A stretch of DNA of 64,000 nucleotides from Marsupella aquatica (lineage: Eukaryota; Plantae; Marchantiophyta): assembly GCA_973895155.1 (NCBI GenBank), contig OZ316892.1, positions 8,477,251 through 8,541,250 of the forward strand. The letters run 5' to 3'. The notes below the pieces were generated by a model. The model had not been told where the DNA came from. It did no database searches and saw only the letters and a program-made list of their open reading frames with translations. This document shows, piece after piece, positions 48,406 to 62,199 of the stretch. The first letter of the stretch is position 1, and each line of letters opens with the position of its first letter. The translations under genes were made by a program, and so were the position numbers.

Positions 48406-49749
48406 CAAGTCCCTAATTTCAAAGGAATACTCCTGCATACAGTGTACCATGATCCCACTCATATTTCAGGTACCTGATAGAATTCTCGCCCAGTTCTACG
48501 TTGTTATGGCATGCTCAAGTGCCTTGCAGGTCGCCTGTGGCATGTCATTTTCTTTTGTATATGAGGTGCTCTACTGCCCTTGTCCAACTGGAGTATTTGA
48601 TACCAACACATTCTGATTTCAACATAAAACAGTTTTGGGGGCATTTCACCTCAAATAAAAACTCTTAGGCTGCTGTATCTGGATTATAAATTACTCCCCC
48701 ATTCAACTGGCTAGTACATATTTTTCCAACTCACTTTTTTGGAGTGTCACAATTTTGGGCTGGGTGCCAATTTTTGCATTTAATATTTTTTTATGCAAAG
48801 CTCATTGCCACTAGGATATGATTGATGATCAAATACTACCATTCAAGACCTAGTCAATAGGGTGAAGTCTTAGGCCATATTTTATCTGGTAGCATTTTTT
48901 TTTAAGATATGTAAACTATGCTTGTGAATAGGGACACCCACAGAGAATCTGGGGATGGTGACCCCTTCATGTGCATACCCACAGGTATTAGGGTTACTAA
49001 GACAAACTTGAAGTGCCTAAATTTCAGTGTAACTAACTCTGGGTCATTGTCCACTACTTGTACTTCTATTACAATTGCTCAGCCTAAGTGCACAACCTGC
49101 ACACTTCAGAAGTGAAAACCCTGGCTTCTTTAATTATAATTTAAAAAGAAGGCAACTGTGTGCAAGTTGAATTCAACTGGGCGCCGTGTTGCTAACCCGC
49201 AAGGCGCATGGAAAATAAGAATCCAAATGATGAAGACCAGGAGTTTGCAATACCGACCATGTCAACCAAAAACTCCCCAAGAGCCGTTCCTCCTTCATTC
49301 CCTGACCATTTTGCACATTTTGGGCACTTTCTATATGTGCAATGAGGCTTCCACTAAAGGACAAATATAATTCAAAACCCTCCAGTACAGGAACAAGGGT
49401 ATGTCTATACTTATGGGTAAGAGCATAAATCCTATCTAACCTGAATTCGGTACATAAATGACTACTTTGGACACTATTGAGAGGCATGACATATCTGATC
49501 TTATCACTGAGTGCAAACCACATGTAACTGCAAGGCCGGGGTTCGTCGCACGTGTGTGCACTTAGAGAGAGGCGTCTGTCCTGTAGCGGCCAACGTCATC
49601 CCGCGCCAACTCGGTCAAGTAGGGCGCTGTAGTTTCAAATGTGTGCAGCGCCCTTTCTGTCACGTAGTTTTAAATCTTTCGCGTAGCTTGACGTGTAAAC
49701 TAGTGCAGTAGATCTCATGCCTTTGATCGACCAAATGGATCAATCGCGT

Positions 49750-50225
49750 CACGAGCTAATCAAGCTATGCAAGCATCGTGTTGAGGTTCATCAGACTCAT
49801 GAGGGATGACCTGCACGGCGTCGGAGATGCACAGCACTGGAAATTGAGGACCGAGTCGATCTCGACGAATTTCTGTTGTACCACCATAGTTTCTTTCGAA
49901 GAACCACAATTCTGAATGACAGTTCGTCGGATTTGAAAGGGATGCAGGGGACATATAACTTCGAGGACGGAATTGCATTTCTATTGTCTCGTCCTTGCTT
50001 TCTGTGAAGTACTTGAAGTACGTACAAACTGTCATCGACCACAGTCACGCATTGCCTCGCGAGCTAATCAAGCCATGCAAGCACTGTGCGTAGCGTTGAA
50101 AGGTCGGCAGATTTGAAAGCTAGGGATATATGCACTGGACGTACGTTGAGGACGGAGTTGCAATTCTGTTGTATCTTCCTGGCTTTCTGTATAGTAGCTT
50201 GACGTGCAAAACATTCATCGACCAC
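49750..50225. repeat. Degenerate direct duplication (copies start ~308 bp apart) upstream of the orphan ORF
   Basis: cgagctaatcaagc.atgcaagca at ~49752 and ~50060; gaggacgga.ttgca and tcatcgaccaca also recur. Confidence 0.7.
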
Positions 50226-50453
50226 ATAGAGTGTTCGCCAGATTCAAGAAGGATGATCTGCAGGGGGTCGTAAATGCACTGGACCTCGAATTTGGAGTTT
50301 CAAATTTATTGCAGCGCCGTTTCTTTCAACCCGGCCAGGTTGACTTCTGACCTAGCTAGAGGTAAGATTTTTTGCCTGTCGATCACCGACCAGAATATAT
50401 CGCCTTAGTAACAAATCAAGCTATCTACGCATTGAGTTCTTGTCAGCTTCGAA

Positions 50454-51056
50454 ATGGATGCTTCGGACTCGGACTCGGACTTGGACCTGCAGTGGATGAT
50501 GCACAACTTGATTGCTAGTGCATCTGATTCTGTCAACGACGGGGACGCTCGAGAGAACCCGTCGGTTGGACCCTCATATCAGAGGCCTACATTTAATGAA
50601 GGGGTTGCACTGTCAGATCATAGTCGGTCGATTCCTGGACCCTCAGTTCGGAGGCCTAAGTTTGATGAAGGGTGTGCTGAAGTCTTTCCGGAGGTTGCAT
50701 GGTCAGCTGATAGACCGTCTCAGAAGAAGCCTTTATTACATGAACTTGAGTTTGCTGCGATCTTTCCGGAGGTTCAATGGTCAGCTCATAGACCGTCCCA
50801 GAAGCCTACATTTCGTGAAGTTGGGTTTGCTGAAGTCGTTCCAGAGGTTGCATGGTCAACTGATAGACCGTCTCAGAAGCCTCTATTTCATGAACTTGGG
50901 ATGGAGGCTCCATGGTCAGATCCTCGCACTCCCATACCTGATGCTCCTCAAGACTCGCTACCGATAAGTGAACGTACTGCTCATGACATCATCGATCTCC
51001 ATACTGATTTCGTCAATGATTTCGAGGACGATTTCCATGATTCAGATCTGGACTAA
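50454..51056 (+). CDS. Orphan acidic 200-aa protein with three ~25-aa internal repeats
   Basis: ATG-started, stop-free ORF with repeats EVFPEVAWSADRPSQKKPLLHELEFA / AIFPEVQWSAHRPSQKPTFREVGFA / EVVPEVAWSTDRPSQKPLFHELG; no recognised family. Confidence 0.5.
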   Translation: MDASDSDSDLDLQWMMHNLIASASDSVNDGDARENPSVGPSYQRPTFNEGVALSDHSRSIPGPSVRRPKFDEGCAEVFPEVAWSADRPSQKKPLLHELEFAAIFPEVQWSAHRPSQKPTFREVGFAEVVPEVAWSTDRPSQKPLFHELGMEAPWSDPRTPIPDAPQDSLPISERTAHDIIDLHTDFVNDFEDDFHDSDLD

Positions 51057-52077
51057 ATCCTACTAGCTCTACTAGCCGGCCAGCCTATCGTTCACTCGAT
51101 CCCTCTATTTAAGCAAGCTAGAAAACTGGAAGCTACGTCTGTCTTCGTAGACCAGCCCTTTCTACTTCATTTTCGGATACGGCTGTTGCAGTGTTAAAGA
51201 TTTGAGTAACGGAAGGAGGTGCAGAATGAATGAGTTTCAAGCATGAAGGTGCCGAACTGAAGTCTCGAACTACAAAAGTACTGCAAGGAGTGTGAACGTC
51301 AGTCGGTCGATTGTGTACCGCTGTTAGTATTTCTAAACATAATTGGAAGGACATGTGCTTGATGTTATATGCTTGGCAGAGTTTTAGCCCGGAAGTTCTG
51401 GACATTCCCTGATGTTAGCTAGCCCGGGATATTAGTTTCCTGTTCAGATTGCTGTGGTAAATTACGCGTTCGAGCGAGATGGGCTACCTGCAATTATAGA
51501 TCAGTTGTCTCATGATCTCGTGTAACCTGGCTACTAACTGCACAAACATTATCATGAGTTCAGCATTTAGACACGTTTGAATTTGGTGCTAGACGGACAC
51601 CATCCTCGATGACGACATCTAAGTGTCACGGTTGAAACTGTTCACGCTGTCATGCTTCCTGGCGTATATAATTTCCAACATACTACGTACAATTATACGA
51701 ATCCATATTCCATCACTCTTGGTACCTTGACACGGAAACACCTGTGATCGATGAGCTCATGAACTCCACATGCTTCAGTTCGTGACATAGCTGCCTGCAA
51801 TACATTTCTCAACTGCGATAAAACTACAGGTAGAATGTGTCTTGATGTACAATTGTAGTCGATCTAGTCTTTTTATAAGATTTACGTTGTTGTTTTTAAC
51901 AAATTATAGATAGTTCGTACGTCTATGGTATTAATTACCAATACGTCAGTTATAACATAGATGTGTGTGACTTTAGTATCTCCTGCTGATCCCCATCGCT
52001 TGTGCAGCACTCAACATAGTCATACGCTCCTACTTGAAACTCGATCAGTAGAGCGTAAATACATACGTACCATTAAC

Positions 52078-52430
52078 TTTGTTTCACCTTCCAAATTCCG
52101 GCGATTCACGATGAATTGTATGATTATCAGTTACGACTAGAGTAGTAGTAAGAAAGTTAGGCGATTAAAAAATTCCGACTTCCTCCCGAACTTCCTGAGT
52201 GTGTGTATAGTATAATTTGACAATGCGTCCGTGACTCAATCGGTAGTAATATGGTTTCACAGAATACTTTAATCATATCTCCTTGTTTCAACTTTCAAAT
52301 TCTGGCAATTCACGATATATGAAGTGTATAACAGTGTCGACGAGAGTTACGATTACTGTTGTAAGAAAGGCAATTCATAAATTGACACTTCCTGTATAGT
52401 ATCGACAATAAGTCTGCCACTCAATCGGAG
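52078..52430. repeat. Diverged ~205-bp tandem duplication
   Basis: ttgtttca..tt.caaattc.ggc.attcacgat..agttacga..gtaagaaag..acttcct..gtatagtat..actcaatcgg x2. Confidence 0.7.
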
Positions 52431-53186
52431 TAGAATGATCATGTGGTCCCACAAAACACTTAGTTTATATCCTCAATTTTAGCTTAACAACAGGCGGGAG
52501 TTTCTTTGTGCAGGTGTGCATATGAAAAGTTTTTTCTACTTGGATAGCGAATTATACTAGCCATAAGATAAGATGCATATAGTATAGGTCACGAGATGGA
52601 TCATTAGATCGTTTGTCATGATATATGTTGAGTCTCCAGGCCGGGTCACTAGGACATTTTCTTCAGCCCTCTTCATGGCTCTAATGTTTCACCTGTGAAC
52701 TATTGGCACTCGTTATCAAAGCGATTATAGACAATCGGTGTAGACCCTGAGGTATTCTTCTGTCCTATTCTTACCAGAAATTTCACCCCAGCTAGGGGAT
52801 GCCGGAAATCTCATAACCTCCCAGCCAGGCTGGTCATGCAAGGGACTATGGACGATAACAATCAACAAAACTGCAAAGAAAACAGTTAAAAGAAACATGT
52901 ATATTCAAAAGGTATTCCTCAATTTCAACAGAGCATCGTTATTAATTCATACACATTTCACCTTGCCCTGATTCATGCGCATTTATTCTTTATTGGCTGC
53001 AATTGGCTGTATAAGCGGGTTTGGTAAAATTTACAATCTGTACGATAGTTAGCTAGAATCCTGAACTATCAACAAAGGCCACAAACTAAGAACAAATGAA
53101 GGAGATGAAGTTAACTGCAAAGTGGCTGAGTGGTATCAATTCACAACCGAGCTTGAGCCTCTGCTTGCCTTTCTTCTCCAGCTATT

Positions 53187-56100
53187 CTATGGCGTTCGTA
53201 ATTTGTCTTCGAGCCGCTTTGGGTTCTGCAACCACTTCTTGCCATTGATGAACCCTATAGAGAGGAAAGGCTTGGCTTGCTTGAAGGTGAGCTGCTCAGA
53301 CCAGTGCACACGTCCAGTTGAATTGGCCCCTGGCCCTGTACAATTGTACTCTGCATAAAATACAGTCCTGCATGCATTTTGCCAATTATTAATCATCCAA
53401 ATTAGCGCATTTAACTTCACAAAAGTCTAGTCCCGAGTTTAGCCCTGTTTTGATGTTTTAGGAAATCTTAATTATAGCATTTCCCTTCATCCCCATCTCC
53501 CCCCTTCACCAGTTGTGAAAAACAGGGTGAGGCAGGGGATCGTACCCTTGGCAAGAACCCTGGACTGTAGGGGCTCACTGATAGAGAGCTTGAATGGAAG
53601 GCTACCTTCATATGTAAGTCCATTTCTCCCAGGCTGAGCATTCAATTCTAGCAAGCTAATTACCCAACTTAATTACAACAGTTTCTGCAATGGAGTAGCA
53701 GTGAATTCGAGGCATTGCATTCATTCCCAAATTTGTTAGAGAGCCATAGATAAGGGAGGAAAGACTTCAATATCATTGCACTCTTGAAGCCCTACACTCT
53801 TTGACAAGCAAATACAGTCATAGCCATTGAATGGCACAAAACATATAACACTTCCATAAAAAATTATTTCTGGAAGATTTTCATTTTTGACATGCTCTCT
53901 GGCTTGCAGCTATAAGGATGAAGAGCTCGAGAGAAGAAGAGAAGGGTTGCAGGGCTTACTTTTCTCGAGAAGGGATGCCCCAGTCGTTCCAGCCCTGAGG
54001 AATCACCACCTTGCTCATGAAAGTGTTCGCAAACACAACACGGGAGTCGTTACCCCATGCACGCCCCAAGAAAGCAGATCCCAGCCCGGTGACCAGAGAA
54101 CCCACAAACGCAAATCCTGTTTCTAGCGAGGTGGCGTTCCTTTTCTGCGCAGTTATCGTTCCGTAGGTGCCATTGTTTTCCAGAGCATTCAGATGACAAG
54201 CCTGCATATCCACACAGTCGAGGTGCCCATTTCATCCCAATTCAGAGTACGTTGACCATGAGAAGCATTCGAAGTTATTTCAGATAGAAATCAGGTGAGT
54301 CGATGGCATGTCTCTTTACGTCAGGTCTAAGTAATTTGAATGTGTCAACCTTGAATGGTTGCAAGCTCAGGATTATAAGTCCATCTATAAACCGATCATA
54401 AGAGAATACGAACCTCGAATCAGGTCCAAGAGAGAGAGGGAATCGTGCAGAGATACGTGTAGAGATTTGTGCAGTGCCTTTTTCATGATTCAAGAGCGCA
54501 AAGCCCAGCTACAGCTAATATTTAGTTTACCGTACAGGCTCGACTTTAATGCATTACTCCATGTAGCAAGGCTGCGTATACTGCTTCCAATCAAACGACT
54601 GGCTCAGGCATACAAAAATTAATGAAGAAATGAATAAGCTCGCTGACTTAAGTTATTCTGTCTTTCGAAGGCCACTGTCATATTTACTTCTTATATAGCA
54701 CCCTCTTGAGAAGTTCTACAACAGTGAACAAGTTCTCCAGGTCAGTGCGATCGAGCAGCAGCCTGAACAGTTTCGATCGTTTACGGGTGGTCACAGATCT
54801 ATGGAAGACATGCAGGTTGTGCAGGGCATTCCAGTATCAGTGAGTCAGGGAAACTCTCTCATCCATTCTCTCACTTACGTCCCAGAATATTGCTCACTTT
54901 CGTGGATGTTCAAGCCAATTAACATCGTCCTGAAGCTGATCGAAGATGTACATGTGCATCTCCTGGTAAACCAATTGGATGCTGAACGTCATTCAAAGCA
55001 TCTAGAGTGAACTATGATTACACCAATTCCTAATCAAAGTTACAGATTAAATCAGCTGGGAATGTTCTGGTAGTTCTCCTGTCCTGTAGTCTCAATCACC
55101 TAGGGCAAACTGAGACTACACGAAATCTTTTAGATTGTTATCAAGAGCTAAAATCTTCTGGGTCACATCTCATTCAGTGTGCTCTGTGTCATTGAATGCA
55201 TCTCAGTGGACTTTGTGGACGTTTGTCTAAACCCAGAAATCTCACATAATTCCAACCTGCGCGGCTCAGAGCTGGCTGGCCCGTTGGCGAGCGTTTCTTA
55301 GTATGTATATATCCACTAGAGATAGCGTCAAGGCATTGACCAACTCTGAAATGAAAAAATCGATCGATGCAACTTGATCAATTGAAGCTCATCGGTATGT
55401 ACAGCACAGTGCGTACCTCGTAGAGAGATCGGCCGTTGCCGAAGACGAAGTCGATGGTACCTTCAGCGTAGCAGTCCTTGAAGAAGTGGCGACCCATGTG
55501 ATCGTAGAGAGTGTCCTGCTTGCCATAGAATCTGCAGAAGTAGAAGGCTGCCATATCCGCGCTCACTCGTAACGCCACTGCCTGCCCTCCAACGGCCCCC
55601 GGCAATGGTGTTGGCGCCGTGTTCTACATTTTTCAAGCAATCGATCGATAACCACCCGACCACCCCATCCGTAACAGTTAGCAACATAAACTCTATTACT
55701 TTATATATCGATAGAAGTTTTGAATAGAATTGTGACTGGGTCAATTTGTAGACTGAATACTGGGCATACTAAATTTGCCAGACTTTAATTTGAAAGAAAT
55801 TTTATGGCCGGTCGTCCACTTATTGTTTAAAGACTTTCGGAATTGCAGACTGTCCCAAAGCGGATTATCTTCGCCTCGGACGTGAGATTAATTATACTTG
55901 AAGCAGCTTCAATTGGGAGGATCAGGCGATTTGGTAAGTAGAAGACCAAGAGAAATTCCACACACTCCTCTCGGGACTCCTCTTCAACAAGGGAGATACA
56001 TCAAAGAACTTACGCTGGAGGAAATGATAGAATAAAAGGAAATCAAAGTATACACTGAGCACCTGAGAGTCCCAAATGTTGCGAGCTGCTGATTATATTA

Positions 56101-57039
56101 CAAAACAAGAACACTCCGAGGGAAGCCTGACGTATACAGTCAAAGGTGTGAGATTGTGAAAATGATCATAAGTACCTTGATTGTAATGTACTTCGCGATG
56201 AAGTACTCCGCATTCACAGCTACACTGGCGCTTCCAAAAGTTTTCAAGGGCAATCCTTTCTTGTTTAGATCAGCTGCTGTTGCGTTAAACTCTATGACAG
56301 TGCGGAGTTCGGATCCGTGGTGGTCCGGTCTCTCACCTTCCAACGTGATATAACGCTTCTTGGTAGATATAGTCACTTGCTCCCTAACATGGAATCAGGA
56401 TGGATAGCTTATTGAACAGATCGATCCAACAGAATCAACGACATTTTGTAGAAATCAAGCTAGTCTGGCATACGTTGGACAGGACACGGTACTCGAACTG
56501 TGAAACGAAGACTTTTTTTGTACATGGTAAATAAATCAGAGCCTCATCAAAAGCAGAGGAGAGTGCTGAAGTTGTACGTGCATACTATTGCTCCATCAAT
56601 ACCTGTAAACGCCGGCTTTGATCTTGATGAGAACGCGTTCCGTGTTCACCTTAGGGATATCATCTATGGCAGCTTGAATAGATTCAAAATGCCCACTGCC
56701 ATCCTGAGCCACCACAATGGTGCGCTTGGGCTTGAATCGGTTATACTCCTTGCCAAGATCCTCCTTCTCCTTCTCGGGCTCCTTCGTTGGGACCAGAGAC
56801 TCACCAACTCCGGATTCATCAACGTTATCTGACGTAGCGTGGACGTAGTCTAGCCACTTCCCTAAGTTGCTCCTAGCCTCGTCGCTCACGTGAAAGCTCG
56901 TAGAGGCGTAAAACTCCTCCTCTGCTGGGACAGTAGCAGTAGTGCCAGTGATTTGCAAGGAAAGGATCGCAGAGAGAACCAAAACTGCTGCTGGAATTAC
57001 AATAGCCATAGCTGGATCCATCCTCCTCAAGCAACCCAT
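53187..57039 (-). CDS. PME: Pectin methylesterase (group 1, no PMEI pro-domain); exons 57039-56603, 56383-56176, 55623-55417, 54201-53960, 53367-53187
   Basis: Signal/TM segment; [75 protein letters not shown]; phase-consistent GT-AG introns. Confidence 0.95.
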
Positions 57040-60000
57040 TGCTCTTGTACCTCGATCTGTGCAGGAAGATCAAATTAAATCGGTCAATTTCCACTCCATA
57101 ACTATCAGAACCGGGGCTCAGCTGGTACAAATGCCCCAGGCATAAGACGGAGGTGTCTAGATATCTAAGCCGGCAAACAGTTGCAAATTTTGCCATGATC
57201 TAAATAAACTAGAAAATTGTAACATATGTATGTGAATATACCTATTACATCTCGAACATGGCTATAAGTGCATCAACACAAGGTGCTACAGATATGTACA
57301 TGTAGTTCACCCAATCATACATATGCCTCAGAAAATACATTCTTTATCTTCATTCCCTTAGAACTGCAGCTGTCCATGCAACAAAGGCGAGACCACTCTC
57401 ATATACGTTGTTGCCAGTCGGCACGCCAGTCATATATATAGACGTATCGAGAATGGTTGAGATACTAACATCTGCCGAATTCAATCTCTAACTACAGCAC
57501 TGGTAGGTTGCGTCGTTGACCGCCTCTGTATCGAACATACATTTTGCAACAGACGGTATCGATCAGATGTTCGACATCGAAACGACTGTTGTGAGGGTTT
57601 TCACAATCAAGTTGTCAATGCACACGTGTTAGAACAAACGGTGGGATTGCATGGTCAGCCTCGTCGTCGTTCCCCTTTTCTACTTTACATTGACGATGAG
57701 TCTAGCTTTGTTCTTCCCTATGCTCGAGCTATGAATGCATCAATGCAGTTCTGAAAGATGACCTGGAGCTAGAATTAATTCCTGATTCGTCAGAGTAAGG
57801 AATGCGCTTCTCGTGTTTGACACAGTACATGTCACGTTTTAATGTTCAATCTAGAACATTCTGCAGAAAGCACTCGAACTCAAGCTCTTCCAATGCATGC
57901 CAGGTTATCAACTTGTTGGCTGGTTTGATGAATCAACTCCTGAAGGACTTACCGTTAGTTGAACACTTCATAGTTTATATGGTACATAACAAGACAGCAA
58001 TTATGCATATCACCCCATTGTTGTCAACAGATTCGGTTGATCATCATTCTGATCAGTCATGGCGAAGTTAGGACAAGCCGCGCGACCGGATCCAGCTAAT
58101 ACCCGTGTATGATGTCCTACGAGTTATGATCGGATCTGGACTTTAGGGCCCTGGACGGCTCGACGTACAAGTCTCAATCCCAGATGCCCTGTAGCTAGAT
58201 CATTTCTGCAGTACAACCCTCTCATGATCGCTACGATAGATCGCTTGCTGTCTGTAGGTGTCTCTAAATAGAATCTAGCTGCAGGCGTTTAATTAGTCGA
58301 TTGGCTGTTATTGGGTCAATGTTTTTAGAGCTCGGATGATATCTTAGTGCTCCTTTGTTTCTCTCCATCAAGGCCTCTGGAGGCAATGGGCAAGCTATAA
58401 GCAGACAACGAGATGTCACCGATTTCTTGAAATGTCAGTACCTACATGTTATCAACGTTTCATACAAAATTTCCGGCAAGATTCCCGTCTGAGTTGGTGG
58501 ATGACGTACGCATCCATGCAAGATTACCGTGACCGGAATTAGAAAACTGCATTAGTCGTCAGCCGGAGCAGAATTTGAGGTACTGGGTTGACATGACAAA
58601 CGTCATCTCGTCGAGGCGTCGACAAAATAACATCAGTTAAGCGGTGCTGACCAGCTCGATCGATCTCAACGGGGATCTCTACTGATCAGGGATGTGAAAT
58701 CATGCATAATATTAGGCATGTACGCGTGCCCTGCGTACGTAATGACCGTAAAGTTATGACTACTTGAGTGTCTGTTGACGGCACGTTGCAGATCAGGTCA
58801 TCTGGGGTCGTCGAGACCCGAATTCCAAGCATGCTACCTAAAATCCTTCTGTGCTAGCTATATAAGTCGTATAGCGGGGAAGAACAATGTGTGAGTTGGC
58901 TCTTTCCCAAACGGGTGTGGTTGTTTCCCCAATGAAGTTCATCACTGTCGCGGCTCCAGAACTTCATTGTGACGATGAGCACTCTACTCTCGACAAATTC
59001 AGTGGCCCTCCGATTCAAGGAGACAGAGAGACTGAGAGACCCAAACTGAACTGGAACGTATGTCACTGCAGCACGAGAAACAAGTTCCATACGGCCCTCA
59101 CTTCTTTCGAGTACGTAGGGCACGCATAAATGTACAAATGACCAGGTAAAGTCGATCCTGAAACCCTGGAGCCACCTACAGTCATGCTTAACTACTTCCA
59201 TCTACTCCCTCGTAGTTACGTCGCATTTTACTAAATGGTTACAGTTTTGGGTACCAGTCCTGTTGTCCCCGGTACGTGCAGCTTACTTTGGACATTTCTA
59301 GCTAGGTGTCAGGATATGGCCGAGGACGGAGCTCGGCAATGAGAAAGATTTAGAATCATACAATGCTTGGTGGCATGGAGGTTTGGCAGTGAGCTGGACG
59401 AAAGTTGATATATGCATGAAGGGAAGTTCAAATAATTATCGCCTATATCAGCCACGGAATGGCTCATGTCAGCTGAAAGCATCCCGTCTTTAATGGCACT
59501 GCACTTGGCTCAGAAGGGACGAAGTATGCACTCACCTAAATTCAATGGATAGAAACGTTCGATCGGAAATGCACTCACAATAATCGCCCGGGCAATCGCC
59601 TCAGCTAGGAAGGCCAGGCAGATTTCGCAACGGCTTTCTAGATCATACGTACGACCACCGAAACCTGCAAAACACAACAATAAACGTACTCAATGTGATT
59701 CTCATTCCCATTACGATCGATCTAGACTTGAGGGTGTCAGCCAGCCAACCTTTTACCAAGCTGTACACACATGCGTTCGGTGTCTGTGGAACTTGTAATG
59801 GAACCGATCATACTGTACATAACGTTCTCTCAAGCCAACAAGTGGGCTCCATGAGATTAATGTTCGTCGACCGACGACGAAATAGTGTCATTTGATTCGC
59901 TCAGACCTGTGCTGCATTTGCGCTTTTCCATGCGCCGACACATGATTTCCCGACACATGATTTCTTAAATTGTGGGCTTCCGAACGAAATCGTTCGATGG

Positions 60001-60196
60001 CGTCGATCCATTCAGCTCTGAACAGACGATATTAGACTTCGACCCGGGGATGGATCAATTAAATGTGAAAGACAGGATTCTCAGCTGCACATCTTCACAA
60101 AGCTATCAAAACGGCGACACTAAGTACACTACTAAGCCAAAGAGCAGCACATTCCGACTACAAATAATCCTCGGCTCAGCTCCGCTATGAGCGACG

Positions 60197-60465
60197 ACTC
60201 AGAAGCAACTACATCAATTCGGAGATCTACTACACTTGTATCAAATTGACCACCTCCCGGACCACCTTCGACGGATCGAAATTAAACGGCATGAATGCAT
60301 CGATTACCGGAATTCAAAGGAAGGAACAAAAATTTCGATTCCACTCAGAAGGCAACCACATCAATTCGGAAGGACTACTGTACACTTGCATTACACATAC
60401 TGACCTATCTTCGACGGATCGAAACGGCGTGAATGCATGAATTACCGGAATATGGAACAAAAACA
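60197..60465. repeat. ~145-bp tandem duplication
   Basis: actcagaag.caac.acatcaattcgga..tacacttg..ttcgacggatcgaaa..gaatgcat..attaccggaat x2. Confidence 0.8.
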
Positions 60466-60862
60466 TCGATTGCAGAAAGGGGACATGTTGCATCTGGTCG
60501 AAGTAGAACGCACACCTTAGCTCGCTCTGCCGCTCCTTTCGTTTAGAACTTGGCTGAGCGGCAGGAGAGCGGGCGGGAGTGTAGTTGTCCCCCAGAATTC
60601 GGAGTGGAAATCACATCAAGCACCGCCAGCTTAGGTTGCAGCTGGCTGGAATGGATGGTCGTTTGCGCGTAGCGTATAACGTGTACAGCAGCTGTCTTAA
60701 CGGAAGCATCGAGTAATCCATGCCCTTTGAGGACATCGGCAATAAGAGCAAGGTTACATGCGCGAGGGGGCGAAGAGTGTAATGTCACTCTTACCCAAAA
60801 CCCTTACACCTCCATTTTTTGACCCCACTTTAAACGTACGTCAAGTAGTTAATATATGTTAA

Positions 60863-62167
60863 CTAGCCCTATACCAGTGCAAGGAGGGCAGTGCAAGGAG
60901 AGCCGGCCCATAGGGAGTTTGGTTGGGATATTTATAGGGTAGGGGGAAGCACACATGTGCAAAGGGTGCACATTTCTTCCATCAATGGTCAGGGAAAACA
61001 GTTAATCGACAATTGTGGATCTTTTGTGCCCAGGAACTTTTTTGTATTGGAACGAAAGACAAAAAAAAAAGGCGGGATCCCTTATTATAGTTGGAGATGC
61101 CACATCAACTTAAGTTAATGCTCCCCACTTTTCTTGGGTGACTGCCCTCCCCAATTTTCTTGGGTCCTGTGCACTGATCGCCCAGTCCCTGATACGTGCT
61201 ACCCGCTCCGGCCTGATCAGCTTCAGTTTGTGTTTTGGCCCCTTTACGTTTCTTTGCATCCATTCTTGGGGTCTGTACTCTGCTCGCCCAGTGCCTCATG
61301 CGTGTTGCCCACTCCGGCCTGATCAGCTTTGGTTTGTGTTGTGACATTTATTTTGGGTTTGTGCTTTGGCACCCTTTACATTTCCTTGCACCCAATCTGT
61401 CATTGGAAGCTTAAGTCATGGTTACCACTCACAATGTCAAACGTGAACTTGTGACTGTTTACATACTGATAGACAAACTTGAACTTTAGAGTTTCATTGC
61501 GGATTTCATTGCCAAAGCAATAATCACAACTCTTGTCGGGACTTAGGGGATGTAGATGGAGGTCCCAATCACGTGGAGTGTTTCAAAGGCTTGAACATGA
61601 CCCACAAACTCAAGAAAAAAATGGGAAACTTTTAACCTCCACTACTTTGGATATCCTTGGTTAAAAACATTATTTTACGATTCTATATAGTGTTCTTTCA
61701 CAAAACAATTTAGCTCATTCCTTTAGAACAAATAAATTGATAGTACTCTTTGTGGCACATGATGTTCCCTTTATAAATAAGACTAGTCCCAACTCTAGCT
61801 TATGTTCCCTTTAGAAATAAGAGCCCCGACTACCGGTTCTTTGAACATGAATGAGTTGAGGACAATATAGTGTACACAAAATATATTCCCTAGTGTAATA
61901 AAAATATTGTATCAATAGACAAACCTCACTTGAGAGATTTCTCCATCAAGAGGAAGGTCCAGCATACAAAGTTTCATGGCTAAAAATTAGAGGCAAGGGT
62001 CGGGAAACCAAACCAGCTGAAAATTAAAACAAATTGCACTACAATTTACCAAACACATTTTTTTTATGCCTCTATTCACATTTCCTCTGGGTCGTACTCT
62101 TGTTATGTTCCATTATTCTTTTGATAATTTGTAAGAAAAGAAATTAAGATTTTTCTTTTATTATAAA
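60863..62167 (-). mobile_element. Possible non-autonomous Helitron abutting the autonomous one
   Basis: Minus-strand end gcactggtatagggCTAG|T resembles the Helitron end at 62168 (gcacgggtattgagCTAG|T). Its start tttataataaaag resembles TC-TATAATAAAAG-type 5' ends. Confidence 0.4.
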
Positions 62168-62199
62168 CTAGCTCAATACCCGTGCGTTGCACAAAAGAA

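Noticed and set aside
57200-60190. Short ORFs upstream of the PME gene
   Set aside because: No recognisable protein motifs or consistent exon chain; treated as intergenic/promoter DNA.
60519-60576. GC-rich hairpin gctcgctctgccgctc...gagcggcaggagagcgggc as a miRNA precursor
   Set aside because: The stem is short and I recognise no conserved mature miRNA; it cannot be supported without small-RNA data.
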